From IMG/VR virus record IMGVR_UViG_3300005518_000003, positions 1 through 64,000 of that record: DNA of 64,000 bases. The stretch is one strand, 5' to 3'. Source of the stretch: a virus. A model generated the notes under the pieces. That model saw only the letters and a list, made by a program, of their open reading frames with translations, was not told the origin of the DNA and searched no databases. The position numbers were made by a program, and so were the translations under genes. Shown piece by piece: positions 17,511 to 26,933 of this stretch (positions are counted from its first letter, which is position 1; the number at the start of each line of letters is the position of its first letter).

Positions 17511-19247
17511 TTACTCGGCCGCTTCGTCGTTGCGACGGTGTCTCGACGTTCCGGGGAACCGGAGCGAGGAGTTGTCCTCTTCCACCACGAGTCCGAGACC
17601 GCGCGCCGCGCTGTCGAGAACCTGCGGATGGAATTGTCCGAGCGTCGCGAAGCTGCCGCGATGCTTGGCGATGAGCTGATCGGCGTACTTGCGCTGATCC
17701 GGTGTCGCATGTCCTGCCGCATGCGCAGCGAGCACTTCGCGATTCTTTCGAAGCGCGACGTAGGCTTCTCCGTGCGAGCGTAGGACGTCCGTTGCTCCCG
17801 AAACGTCGCCGAGTCCACGGACTCCCACCGGAGCGTACGCGGAAACCGGAGGGCTTTGTGGCGTCGTCGGAACCATGATGCCCGGAGGCATTTGTTCCGG
17901 CGGAACTTGTGGCTGACGCGAAATCGCCGGAGGCGGCACGAATCCGCCTGGCGGGGTGTACGGGCCTTGATTCACGACGGGCGGATATCCTCCGCCCGGT
18001 GGAATCGTCGGATGCGGACCGCCTTGTGGAAGTTGCATTTGCGGCATCACGCTCGGCCCGGTTGAAGGACCGGACGGAATCATGCTGCGACATCCGCAAG
18101 AACCGCCGAGGCCAGGGTACTGACCGCAGGTCGAGCACGGGGCTCCGGCGAGACCGACCGCCGTGCGCTGTCCGATTTCTCCCGAGAAAAGCTTCTTCCC
18201 GGTCGAGTCGGATGCGCTGTCCTTGAAGAGGTACGCCGCGAGATCGTCGACGGCTTTTCCGACGAGACGAACGGCTGCGCCGAATCCGAAGAACTGAAGC
18301 GCGCTGCGCCCCATCGGCGATCGAATGAACTGCGCGACGACGAGCGGTGTTCCGGCCACGGCGACGCCCGCACCAACGCGCGGAAGGAAGTCGTCCATGA
18401 GCGGAGCTTCGATGAAGCGCATCGCGAGCGCTTGACCTTTGTCGTCCTTGCGTTCTCGCATCGTCACGAGACGATCGATCACGTCGGCAGCGGTGTAACC
18501 GATGGCGCCCGTGACGAGGCCGACGACGAGCTCCCAGCCAGTGACCGGGTTCTCCATCGCTCCGCGACGGGAGTGACGACGGCGACGGAGACGCTCACCC
18601 GTGATGTGTCCGACGAGGCGCGTGCGGTAGCGCTTGCCGTGCGACTTGCCTCCGCGGCGACGTGTGAAACGTCCGCGACGGGTGCGACGCACCTGGCGCG
18701 GGAACTCGCGCGCACGCGCGCGACGACGACGACCACCTCGACGGCGACGGCGGCGGCGCGGAGCTTCGGCTGCACGCGCGTAGCGGCGGCGACGGCGGCG
18801 GCGCGGAGCTTCTCGAGAACGACGTGCGCGACCTCGACGACGGCGACGGCGGCGCGGAGCTTCCTCACGCGATTGACGACGACGACGACGACCACCCTTG
18901 CGACGTTTGCGGGCCATGTGCACGGTCTCCTTGGAATGAGAACGGCGTCTCGCCCGCACGCGAGATCGTTTTCTTCGCTTGAGTGAACCGCGACGGCGGC
19001 GCTTCGTCAAGCCCTCTTCTTTCGCATGACGACGGCGACGGCGTTTGCCGGCACGACGCTTTGCAGCTTTCCCGCCGAAACCAGCCTTGATCTGCGCAGG
19101 AGTCAGCCTGCGTCGTTTTCCTCTTCGCGCCATCTTTCTGCCTCGTTTTCGTGGGGTGTCTGCATGAAGGACCACCGCCCGCCTCGAAGCAGCCTGCTCT
19201 GGCTCGGAACGCGCTCGCGAGAGAATCTCTCGATAGTCGACGGGCAT
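17511..19247 (-). CDS. Protamine-like Arg-rich core protein fused to membrane and Pro-rich segments (alternative start 19133)
   Basis: ~190 aa of poly-Arg blocks with EAPRRRRRRR repeats, then ENPV, hydrophobic helices, a CxxC motif, a Pro-rich linker and GLG motifs. Confidence 0.75.
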   Translation of the reverse strand: MPVDYREILSRARSEPEQAASRRAVVLHADTPRKRGRKMARRGKRRRLTPAQIKAGFGGKAAKRRAGKRRRRRHAKEEGLTKRRRRGSLKRRKRSRVRARRRSHSKETVHMARKRRKGGRRRRRQSREEAPRRRRRRRGRARRSREAPRRRRRRRYARAAEAPRRRRRRRGGRRRRARAREFPRQVRRTRRGRFTRRRGGKSHGKRYRTRLVGHITGERLRRRRHSRRGAMENPVTGWELVVGLVTGAIGYTAADVIDRLVTMRERKDDKGQALAMRFIEAPLMDDFLPRVGAGVAVAGTPLVVAQFIRSPMGRSALQFFGFGAAVRLVGKAVDDLAAYLFKDSASDSTGKKLFSGEIGQRTAVGLAGAPCSTCGQYPGLGGSCGCRSMIPSGPSTGPSVMPQMQLPQGGPHPTIPPGGGYPPVVNQGPYTPPGGFVPPPAISRQPQVPPEQMPPGIMVPTTPQSPPVSAYAPVGVRGLGDVSGATDVLRSHGEAYVALRKNREVLAAHAAGHATPDQRKYADQLIAKHRGSFATLGQFHPQVLDSAARGLGLVVEEDNSSLRFPGTSRHRRNDEAAE

Positions 19248-19322
19248 GACGGTGTTCCCACGTCACCCGCACGTAACGCTTGGGAGAAGTCTACGCGCAG
19301 ATCGAGAGATTACGCAACAAGG

Positions 19323-19838
19323 TCACGGAACCACGATTCCGCGGTCATCGACGATGCATCCGTCCGGCAGCTCGATCCGATAGAACTGCTCCGAGGTCTT
19401 TCGACGCCAAAAGGAATAGAGCACCGCGGGTTTCTTGAACGCTCGGCTCTTGAATGGATAGAGAAGAAGCTGCGTGAGATTCTTCGCCTTGTTGAATTTA
19501 TGGTGAAAGAACCCCGGATGCTTTGTGCCTGCTCGGTCGTAGTAGATCTCGTTGATCTCTCCGAGCTTGTGCCACGTGGAAATATTTTCTGGCGGAAGAT
19601 CGATTCCGCCTTCGAACACGGTTGCGCTGCGACCAAAATAATCTGAACCTTCGTCGCTCTCTGTCTTTCCACGATCGAACTCACCGATCAGCAAGCTGCA
19701 CGTGGGCCAGTCTTCACCACTCTCGTCGTAGAGCATCGCCGCGTCGCGAGCCGGCTTGACCCTCTTACTCCCGCTACCGAGACCGATTCCCGGAGCGCGT
19801 AGGTTGATCTCGATCTTGCGTCCCATGCAGATCAGCAT
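19323..19838 (-). CDS. Hypothetical virion-cluster protein
   Basis: 171-aa ORF with N-terminal GIGLG. Confidence 0.6.
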   Translation of the reverse strand: MLICMGRKIEINLRAPGIGLGSGSKRVKPARDAAMLYDESGEDWPTCSLLIGEFDRGKTESDEGSDYFGRSATVFEGGIDLPPENISTWHKLGEINEIYYDRAGTKHPGFFHHKFNKAKNLTQLLLYPFKSRAFKKPAVLYSFWRRKTSEQFYRIELPDGCIVDDRGIVVP

Positions 19839-19844
19839 GGAGCC

Positions 19845-20681
19845 TCACTTCGCTCGACGACTCGCCCACCAAGCTTTGATGTCGTCTTTGTACACAAAGC
19901 CGAGAACACCCGCGGTGACGACTGTTCCGCCAAGCATCCACCAACCCCACGGGAACTCCGGCCCGGCCTTTGGCGTAGTGCATCCGCCAGCCACGAACTT
20001 CTGCGCTTCGAGAAGATCGTCGCGCGCCTTCAAATCTTCCTTCGACCAGGGCGCGTTCGGATTCTGGATGTGATAGTCGACGATTTTGTTGTAGTCCGCA
20101 TGCAATCGAATGAGCTCGCGATCACATTCGATCTTCGAAAGAATGTCGTCGATGACGAGCGACGCGAAGTAGATCAAAGCGATGGCGATCGCTGTAACCG
20201 CAAGCATCTGCGCGATGACGGCAACGATCATCACGGGGATGAGCACCTCGATGTTTCCCGTCGAGTTGTTTTTCATCTGCGTGGCGTCAGCCGGCGTTGG
20301 CGTTTTGATTCCGCGTCGCTTCGCAATAATCTGAAGCGTACGAGCCAGCGTATCTGTCGGATTGTCCGAGCCGCCAGCGCTGATATTTTTGTCGTTCGCG
20401 AGCTTCGCGTTGATCGCACTCGAGACCATGAGCGTGATGAAGTCTTGCTTCGAAGGGTTGTCGTTCGCGATCCACTTTTTGGCGGTGGCTCTTGCATTCG
20501 CGGAGGCGAACGCCTGATCCCACGAGCGGCCCTGTACTTGTGCCCAAAACTGTTTGATGAGTACGTACGGATTGAGCGAAAACGCAGGAAGTTTGAGCGC
20601 TGCGGTGACGTCGTCGATGGGTGCGCCAAGGCCCACGATGCGAAGTGCTTTCTGAAAATCTTCGTAGCGTACGAGGGTCAT
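19845..20681 (-). CDS. Membrane protein (internal and C-terminal TM)
   Basis: GLG leader; long hydrophobic stretch; WGWWMLGGTVVTAGVLGFVY. Confidence 0.7.
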   Translation of the reverse strand: MTLVRYEDFQKALRIVGLGAPIDDVTAALKLPAFSLNPYVLIKQFWAQVQGRSWDQAFASANARATAKKWIANDNPSKQDFITLMVSSAINAKLANDKNISAGGSDNPTDTLARTLQIIAKRRGIKTPTPADATQMKNNSTGNIEVLIPVMIVAVIAQMLAVTAIAIALIYFASLVIDDILSKIECDRELIRLHADYNKIVDYHIQNPNAPWSKEDLKARDDLLEAQKFVAGGCTTPKAGPEFPWGWWMLGGTVVTAGVLGFVYKDDIKAWWASRRAK

Positions 20682-21565
20682 CGGCTTCTCACCTTTCGAA
20701 TGACGACGGCAGCGAGAGCCGACGCAGCGACGATACCACCGCCGACCACGGCCGCCTGCTTGTTCGTGAGCTTCGGAAGTGAGGGCAGATCGGGAAAGAA
20801 ATCGCCAAGCTCACCGAGACCACGAACGAGACCGCGAATCGGCTTCGCGAGCTGCGGTGCTGCGGCTTGGACGCCCTGACCGACGTTATACCAAACCTGT
20901 TCTTGCGGATCCGGACCGAGCACCATCTCGCTCGGAAGTTGATGGTACTGGCCGTCACTTCCAAGACCAAGCACCGGTAGTGCTCCGATTCCGACGAACT
21001 CGGCTTGAAGACCCGCGTACGCCGGATCCTTCCACGGGTTCATGCGTGTCTCACGCGACGCCTTCGCCTTTTCACCCGCCGTGAAGCGCGGCGTGGTCGC
21101 ATCGAGTGGAAACCATTTCCCATCTTCGAGTTTCACTTCGCAAATCACGTGCTGTTGATGCTCCGACCCGAAGAACTGGCGAACAATCTCAACTTCGAGT
21201 CCCGACGCCGCGCAAAGCGACGCGAGTGCCGTCACGAAGCCATCGCAATCCTCGATCGGAATGCACGCCAAGGCCCCTTCAACGCAGAGCGTGATCGGCG
21301 CGGCTTGGATCAACTCCGTGCCCGGTGGATCGTGCGTGTACCCAATGCTTCGTTTGCAATGGTTGAAGTGCGCGGTCGCTTTCTCTTTGTTCGTTCGCGG
21401 AAACATCGCTTGGCGAAGGATGTTGCCCGCGAAGCTGCGAAAAATTGGCATGGGAGCAGCCTCCCGAACCTTTTCGCAGATTTTGTGCAGCGACTTTTGG
21501 ATCCCTTCCTCGCCGTCCGGATACGACTCACGAAGGTACGGAACGCCAGCGGAGGAGGTGTTCAT
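20678..21565 (-). CDS. Transglutaminase-like (papain-fold) cysteine protease with C-terminal TM
   Basis: Y..DP.G.E, EDCDG (Cys), QHVICEV (His), WFPLDAT (Asp) triad order. Confidence 0.85.
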   Translation of the reverse strand: MNTSSAGVPYLRESYPDGEEGIQKSLHKICEKVREAAPMPIFRSFAGNILRQAMFPRTNKEKATAHFNHCKRSIGYTHDPPGTELIQAAPITLCVEGALACIPIEDCDGFVTALASLCAASGLEVEIVRQFFGSEHQQHVICEVKLEDGKWFPLDATTPRFTAGEKAKASRETRMNPWKDPAYAGLQAEFVGIGALPVLGLGSDGQYHQLPSEMVLGPDPQEQVWYNVGQGVQAAAPQLAKPIRGLVRGLGELGDFFPDLPSLPKLTNKQAAVVGGGIVAASALAAVVIRKVRSR

Positions 21566-21568
21566 CGA

Positions 21569-21961
21569 TCAGTCCTGAATGCACATATACGGGAAGTTCG
21601 GCATTCCCGTAGGAACGGAGTGATATCCCGGAGGACACGGATTCGCTTTCGGGTTGGAAAGATTCTGCGCGAGCTGACTCGCAACATTTGCAAGATTGAC
21701 GGGTTGCAATTGCGGCGGCGGCTGCGGTGGTGGCGTCGTATCGACCGGCTTGACGTTTCCAGGCGGACCGGTTGTCGTCGGCGTCGATCCAGGAGGAAGC
21801 GGTTGCTTTCCGCTCGCGATGTCCTCGGTCGTCGATTTCTTCGTAAGGTAGTTCGTGAGGAGAACGGCGACGGTCGTTGTTATCGCGGCTGTTGCCCCGG
21901 CAATAAGGAGCTGCATCCCCGTGCTCTCGACCGGATTTCTTCGCGCTCTTCGCATCACCAC
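21569..21961 (-). CDS. Small membrane protein
   Basis: RRARRNPV, then TM, then Pro-rich tail. Confidence 0.65.
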   Translation of the reverse strand: MVMRRARRNPVESTGMQLLIAGATAAITTTVAVLLTNYLTKKSTTEDIASGKQPLPPGSTPTTTGPPGNVKPVDTTPPPQPPPQLQPVNLANVASQLAQNLSNPKANPCPPGYHSVPTGMPNFPYMCIQD

Positions 21962-22533
21962 ACCGGAAGCGGGTTGGCTGGGAGCAGAAACCCAATCTGC
22001 GAAGCGATGGCTTGAACGCTCTTATAGAGCGCGTTGATCAACTCCGAAGAGAGCTGGAGCCCTTTCATCGCGTTCACCCATGCGGCAACGTCGTTCAAGA
22101 GCTGTTGGTTATTCTGCTGGTTCGGCTGACCGTACGCTTGCGGATTCGGCGCGGGCGGTGGTGTTCCGCCTCCTCCGCCTCCGCCTGGTGGAAGAGTTTT
22201 TCCACCGCCACCCATTTGCGCTGAACTTGGACGCAGCGCGAAGTAGAGGCCCGTCCCTAGGATGGCTGCACCGCCGAGACCACCGAGGATGTAGAGCGTC
22301 GATTTTTTCATGACCGGATTGCTGCGTGCACTTCTTCGGCGTGCGCGTCGACGTTTTACGTAGCGACGAGAATAATCGCGTCGATCAAGGCTTGCAGATC
22401 CACGCGAACCGTGAGGAAGCCATCGCAGAGCTTCTCGTTTGTTCCTCGCTTGGACGTAAAAGTACGACGACCTGCTTTCCCCAGGATAGCGGTAGGTCAC
22501 CTTGTACGATTTGAAATCCCACATCGCGGGCAT
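21955..22533 (-). CDS. Basic membrane protein
   Basis: Arg-rich segment, RSNPV, TM LYILGGLGGAAILGTGLYFAL. Confidence 0.65.
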   Translation of the reverse strand: MPAMWDFKSYKVTYRYPGESRSSYFYVQARNKREALRWLPHGSRGSASLDRRDYSRRYVKRRRARRRSARSNPVMKKSTLYILGGLGGAAILGTGLYFALRPSSAQMGGGGKTLPPGGGGGGGTPPPAPNPQAYGQPNQQNNQQLLNDVAAWVNAMKGLQLSSELINALYKSVQAIASQIGFLLPANPLPVW

Positions 22534-22597
22534 CCCTCTTTCACGCACGACGCGCCCGCACGAGCGCCTGCATGTCGTCAGCATACGACGAGGTGGG

Positions 22598-23698
22598 TCA
22601 CTTCGACAATTCGGCCAATTTGTTGATGGTGGTGGCGATCTTTATAACGACGCTCAGCGCAGAGAGTGCGGGGCCGAAAGCCAAGGAAAACACTGTTCCG
22701 ATCGTGGCCATGAACATCTCGAAGACCATCCCAGCATCGACCACTTTGATGCATGGATTTACCTTCTCGTCGTGCGACTCGAACATGTCGATCAGTCCCG
22801 CGATCATCATTCCGCCAACAGACGCGTGGAGCATCGTGAGCGATTTTTGCGGAAGAGGTTTCCCTTCGCTGTCGGTCGTCGGAAGCGTTTTGTCGTTTTT
22901 CTTTGCGAGGTCGCGTGCAAATTGTGCGAGCCGATCGCGCGTCCACGCGGGCATTGCGAACATAAAGAGCGAAGAAACATCACCTGGAAGAGAAAACGGC
23001 AACGTGATCCCGTATTTCTTCAACGCGGTGAGCACACCTCCGAAGTCTCCGCTGTCCAGTCCTTTTTTGATGCTGGCCTCCATCGAAGCGACGACCGCTG
23101 CGTTGAATGCTCCTGGATCTGCGTGAGGATCGATCGCGTTCCCAGCGTAGCGAATCTGTTTTCCTTTGTCTCGCGGGTCGCATTGGAGATCGACTCCACA
23201 CGTCTTGATGATGTCAGGACCGCGATAGACCGTGTTGAAGAACGGGTAGGCCCAATCGTTTCCGAGCTGAACAACCGCTGCGGCCAACGTCTGGCAATGC
23301 GAATGACTCGCAAGTTCGTCGGTCGTGAATTTATTTTCTTTGTTGTAGAAGGCCGCCAGAATGAGATCGATCACTTTTACGCCGCCGTGCGTGAAGATTT
23401 TTCGAAACGCATCGGCTTGAAGAAAAATCGGCGTGCCATTCCCGAGTAGATCCGCCATGGCCGTCAGCCGTTTCGTAAGCGCTGCGATCTCGATTCCTCG
23501 AAGCACGGACACTTGTGCGTACGTCGAGCTCACGGCGAGCATGCTCTCGATCGCGGATTTTTTCTTTGGCCTTGTCGCCGCGTAGACGATTCCGCCGAAG
23601 AGAGCAACGCCAGCACCGATGCCACCGTAAACCGTGAGCTTCGGGTGCTTGTGATAGAAGCGCTTCGCACTCCTCTTGACGTCGCTGACGAGTTTCAT
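22598..23698 (-). CDS. Membrane-anchored helical protein
   Basis: N-terminal TM and hydrophobic C-terminus. Confidence 0.65.
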   Translation of the reverse strand: MKLVSDVKRSAKRFYHKHPKLTVYGGIGAGVALFGGIVYAATRPKKKSAIESMLAVSSTYAQVSVLRGIEIAALTKRLTAMADLLGNGTPIFLQADAFRKIFTHGGVKVIDLILAAFYNKENKFTTDELASHSHCQTLAAAVVQLGNDWAYPFFNTVYRGPDIIKTCGVDLQCDPRDKGKQIRYAGNAIDPHADPGAFNAAVVASMEASIKKGLDSGDFGGVLTALKKYGITLPFSLPGDVSSLFMFAMPAWTRDRLAQFARDLAKKNDKTLPTTDSEGKPLPQKSLTMLHASVGGMMIAGLIDMFESHDEKVNPCIKVVDAGMVFEMFMATIGTVFSLAFGPALSALSVVIKIATTINKLAELSK

Positions 23699-24006
23699 GA
23701 CCGAGTCGCTGAAATCACACCACCGCCGCCACCGTTACTTCCGCCGCCACCGATCTGATTTCCGTGTTCATCGACCCACGACACGTTTGGAGAGTATGGA
23801 GCGAACGCTGCGTAGACTCCCGGAACAGCAGTGGGAGAGATCGTCGTTACGTTTGGCTTGGCTCCATCACCGCTTGTCGGTGGTCTCGTTCCTTGGGGAG
23901 AGACGATCTGCTTCGGCCTAGTGGCGTAGTAGACCGCCCCGCCGATGCCAGCCGCACCTGCGAGGAGTCCAACGATCCACGCTGCCTTCTTTGCACCCTT
24001 CGTCAT
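23695..24006 (-). CDS. Small N-anchored membrane protein
   Basis: AAWIVGLLAGAAGIGGAVYYATRPK. Confidence 0.65.
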   Translation of the reverse strand: MTKGAKKAAWIVGLLAGAAGIGGAVYYATRPKQIVSPQGTRPPTSGDGAKPNVTTISPTAVPGVYAAFAPYSPNVSWVDEHGNQIGGGGSNGGGGGVISATRS

Positions 24007-24018
24007 CCGGCAACGATA

Positions 24019-24207
24019 TCACTGGTCGGACACCGCCACCAAGATCGCGATCAGAGTGAGCGGCCAAAACGCGGAAACGAACATCGCTCCGATCGTTACT
24101 TCGACCAATTCTTCCGTCGTCGCGCGGTGTTTCCAGGGACGGATCACGGCCGCGCAGAGGCCCATTGATCCAGTAAACCCGAGAAGCCAGATGTGAAAGA
24201 TTGTCAC
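24019..24207 (-). CDS. Small two-TM protein
   Basis: Two hydrophobic helices (holin-like size). Confidence 0.45.
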   Translation of the reverse strand: MTIFHIWLLGFTGSMGLCAAVIRPWKHRATTEELVEVTIGAMFVSAFWPLTLIAILVAVSDQ

Positions 24208-24209
24208 GA

Positions 24210-25721
24210 TCAGAAGCCTCCCCAACCTCCTTCGCCTGAACCCGTCCCTGGATTTTGCGGAGGCTGCGGTGGTTGCTGCGGTTGAAGTTGTTGCATCGGC
24301 GGCGGCTGTTGAAATTGCGGTGTCTGCTCTTCTTCTTCGGGCGATCCGGCGAGACCACGACGCTTGGTGGCTTGAGCTTCGAGCCATGCAGCTCCCGCAT
24401 CCATAAGCCTCTGCGACGGACGCGGATTCATGAGAAGCATCCCGAGCGGATCGACCTTGCCCGTTTCCTTGTCGCGAACGAGCTTCGCCTTGGTTCCGTC
24501 GTCCCACACCGAGGGCAGCTCGGTGATCTGGTACGGGAGATCGTCCTCTTCCTTCACCTCGGGCGGTGCAGGAAGCATTGGAACGGTCGTCGTCTCTTCC
24601 GGCTCTTCGGCCGCAAATCGTTCGCGCATCTTTTCACCGAACGCGACGTAGCGATCGAAAATCTTGAAACCCTGATCCATCGCCGTAAGCGGATCCATCT
24701 GCGTTGACGACGTTGGTGGAGCGCCGAGACCGGCTGCTTTGACGGCAGCGATCATCGCGGTCGCAAGACCTTCGACGGTCATCTGCGTGATCGGGGTTTG
24801 ACCCGGAGGAGCTCCGACACCCGGTCGATGTTGTGGTTGTGGTGATTGCGGTTGCTGCCTCAGCCGCCGATTCTCTTCTTCGAGCGCAGCGAGACGCTTC
24901 TCGAGATCGGATTGCTGCGGCGGCGGAAACCCGTATTGAGGTGGGTAGCCGTAGGGCTGGTAGCCGTACGGAGCCGGAGGTTGCGGAGGTTGCTGCGGCT
25001 GCTGTTGCTGCGGCTGCTGCGGTGGTTGTCCAGGAGCAGCGGGGAGCCGGGGAATTTGGCCGAAGCCCGGTTGCGGGCCGTACTGGCTCGCCATTCGCTG
25101 TTGCCACTGGGCTTGACGAAGCGCGTTGATCTCGCCTTGCGACTGAAGCGAGATGTAGCCGTTGACGATGTACTGTCCGTTCGCTTTCCAGACGAACTGG
25201 AGCTCGTAGCGAGCCGGACCGCGCGCGATGTTGTGGTAGTAGTCCTCGACGTACTGTTTGATCGCCGTTGTCGGCGACATCTCTTGGTTGCCAACGACCG
25301 CGCTCGCCTCGAACGCATACCCAATGCTCTGACGCGGCGGCGGATCGATTCGAATCACGTTGACGACGACGTCATACGCAGATCGTCCGTGCGCCTCGAG
25401 CCATTCGAGAACTTCGGGCCAAAGAACTTCTACTTCTCGGCTCGTCCACTTCGGAGCTCCGTCTGCACTCGCATCGAATCGATCAGGGATGGCTCCTGCT
25501 TTTCCGCTCGGTCTTCCAGGAGTTTTCGGAGCGCCAACACCCGTTTGAGTTGGACCGCGACGCCTGCCCGCGGGATGTGTTTTTTCTTTCTCTTGAGGTG
25601 GAGGCGTTGGAGGAGGAACGACCGGTGCTGTTTCAACTGGTACACCATTCGCTCCTTCCGGCGGCGGTTCCCAATCTGGTCCCTGACCCGGCGTTGCCGG
25701 ATCTTGCGTTTCATTGTCCAT
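24210..25721 (-). CDS. Pro/Gln-rich protein, putative scaffold/assembly protein
   Basis: Low-complexity P/Q tracts, short coiled coil, GVGAP x2, GLGAP and GLAG motifs. Confidence 0.65.
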   Translation of the reverse strand: MDNETQDPATPGQGPDWEPPPEGANGVPVETAPVVPPPTPPPQEKEKTHPAGRRRGPTQTGVGAPKTPGRPSGKAGAIPDRFDASADGAPKWTSREVEVLWPEVLEWLEAHGRSAYDVVVNVIRIDPPPRQSIGYAFEASAVVGNQEMSPTTAIKQYVEDYYHNIARGPARYELQFVWKANGQYIVNGYISLQSQGEINALRQAQWQQRMASQYGPQPGFGQIPRLPAAPGQPPQQPQQQQPQQPPQPPAPYGYQPYGYPPQYGFPPPQQSDLEKRLAALEEENRRLRQQPQSPQPQHRPGVGAPPGQTPITQMTVEGLATAMIAAVKAAGLGAPPTSSTQMDPLTAMDQGFKIFDRYVAFGEKMRERFAAEEPEETTTVPMLPAPPEVKEEDDLPYQITELPSVWDDGTKAKLVRDKETGKVDPLGMLLMNPRPSQRLMDAGAAWLEAQATKRRGLAGSPEEEEQTPQFQQPPPMQQLQPQQPPQPPQNPGTGSGEGGWGGF

Positions 25722-25745
25722 GTTGGTCCCTTTTCTGAAATTCGT

Positions 25746-26921
25746 TTACGCGACGAGAGGTGTCGCACTCGTGACCGGCGTGATCGCGATCTGCTGAATC
25801 GTTCCCTGAAGGAACTGAAAAAACGCTTCTGCTTGCGCTTGCGTATTTCCAGTAACGGGCGGAAAGAATTCCTCGAACTGAGGTGTGATCGTGAACGTCG
25901 TTCCCGGAAAGTAGCCTTCGCCTTCGGCGATCGTGTCGATGCGACCGAGACCCATCCGTGCATGCGCTGTTGCACCGGTTCCTGGAGCGACGCCCGTGTC
26001 GCGAATGAGAATCGATGGAACGGTGACGTAGTTGTCACCAGGATCGGTGACCGTAATGGCCGTGATGGGAAATCCAGGGCCAGCCCCAACCGTGACGACA
26101 CCTTGCGCAGGAAGACCTTCGGCCATGACGGCGAAGAGTTTCGCAGGACGGCGAGGAGCGATTCCGGTCGTCGTCGTAATGAAGACATCCGGCACCGATT
26201 CGTAGACGCGACCCATATCGACGATCGTGATCGACTGAACGCGACCTCGGGCGTCGAGCTGAAGAATTCCCTGCGCAGGAATCGGTGGCGAATTTCCTTC
26301 CGGACCGCCACCCTGAATGTTGAGGATCGCTGTTGCCGGGTCATATCCCTCGCCTGGATCCGCGATGTTGATGTAGCGAACCGCTCCGCCACGTCCACCC
26401 TTACGCGTGTCGAAGTTGAAGCCCGCAGGCGGAAGGCCTCCAAGCCACGTGATCCTCGTCGTCGAGGCCGTGTATCCGGCCCCTCCGGTGTCGAGCGCAG
26501 TTTCGTACGCAGCCATGTACGCCCTGAAGAGCGCATCACGTTGGGTCGGTCTCCTCGGAACGACGTTTCCGTTCACGATGGGAGCGAGCGGTTCGCGCTG
26601 GTTGTTGTTCGCCCGAATGATCGGCGGAAGAATGAAATCACGACCGCGATTCGCAACGTCCACGGTTACCTGCTGGATGCGACTTGTGTTCGTGATCGTC
26701 GGCGGGTTCAAGAGCGCGGCGACTGAAGGCTCAAAGCCGAGCACGATCGTACGCACGATTGGATTCACGGCAGGGATCGTGATGGAGTCCGAAATGATCC
26801 GCAGGCCGAGCGCCTGAAGAATGTCTGGCGGGATGGGGGCGCTCGCAATGAACGGCTGAATCTTGGTCGAGCTGATCCCGAGCGCCTGGACCGTGTAAAC
26901 GAGCGTGACCTGGGTACCCAT
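25746..26921 (-). CDS. Virion structural protein with I.DPG.GY...P.V beta repeats
   Basis: INIADPGEGY, ITIVDMGRVYESVP, ITVTDPGDNYVTVP, IAEGEGY. Confidence 0.65.
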   Translation of the reverse strand: MGTQVTLVYTVQALGISSTKIQPFIASAPIPPDILQALGLRIISDSITIPAVNPIVRTIVLGFEPSVAALLNPPTITNTSRIQQVTVDVANRGRDFILPPIIRANNNQREPLAPIVNGNVVPRRPTQRDALFRAYMAAYETALDTGGAGYTASTTRITWLGGLPPAGFNFDTRKGGRGGAVRYINIADPGEGYDPATAILNIQGGGPEGNSPPIPAQGILQLDARGRVQSITIVDMGRVYESVPDVFITTTTGIAPRRPAKLFAVMAEGLPAQGVVTVGAGPGFPITAITVTDPGDNYVTVPSILIRDTGVAPGTGATAHARMGLGRIDTIAEGEGYFPGTTFTITPQFEEFFPPVTGNTQAQAEAFFQFLQGTIQQIAITPVTSATPLVA

Positions 26922-26933
26922 GCCGCGAGACTA

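Noticed and set aside
16215-17783. Long + strand ORFs (522 aa here; also 24846..26726, 3922..4983, 57229..58212)
   Set aside because: Antisense shadows of strongly codon-biased minus-strand genes in GC-rich DNA; no motifs or RBS
17497-18986. Alternative-frame ORFs over the Arg-rich gene (poly-Val/Ala, poly-Thr)
   Set aside because: By-products of CGN repeats; only the Arg frame is continuous with the downstream membrane domain
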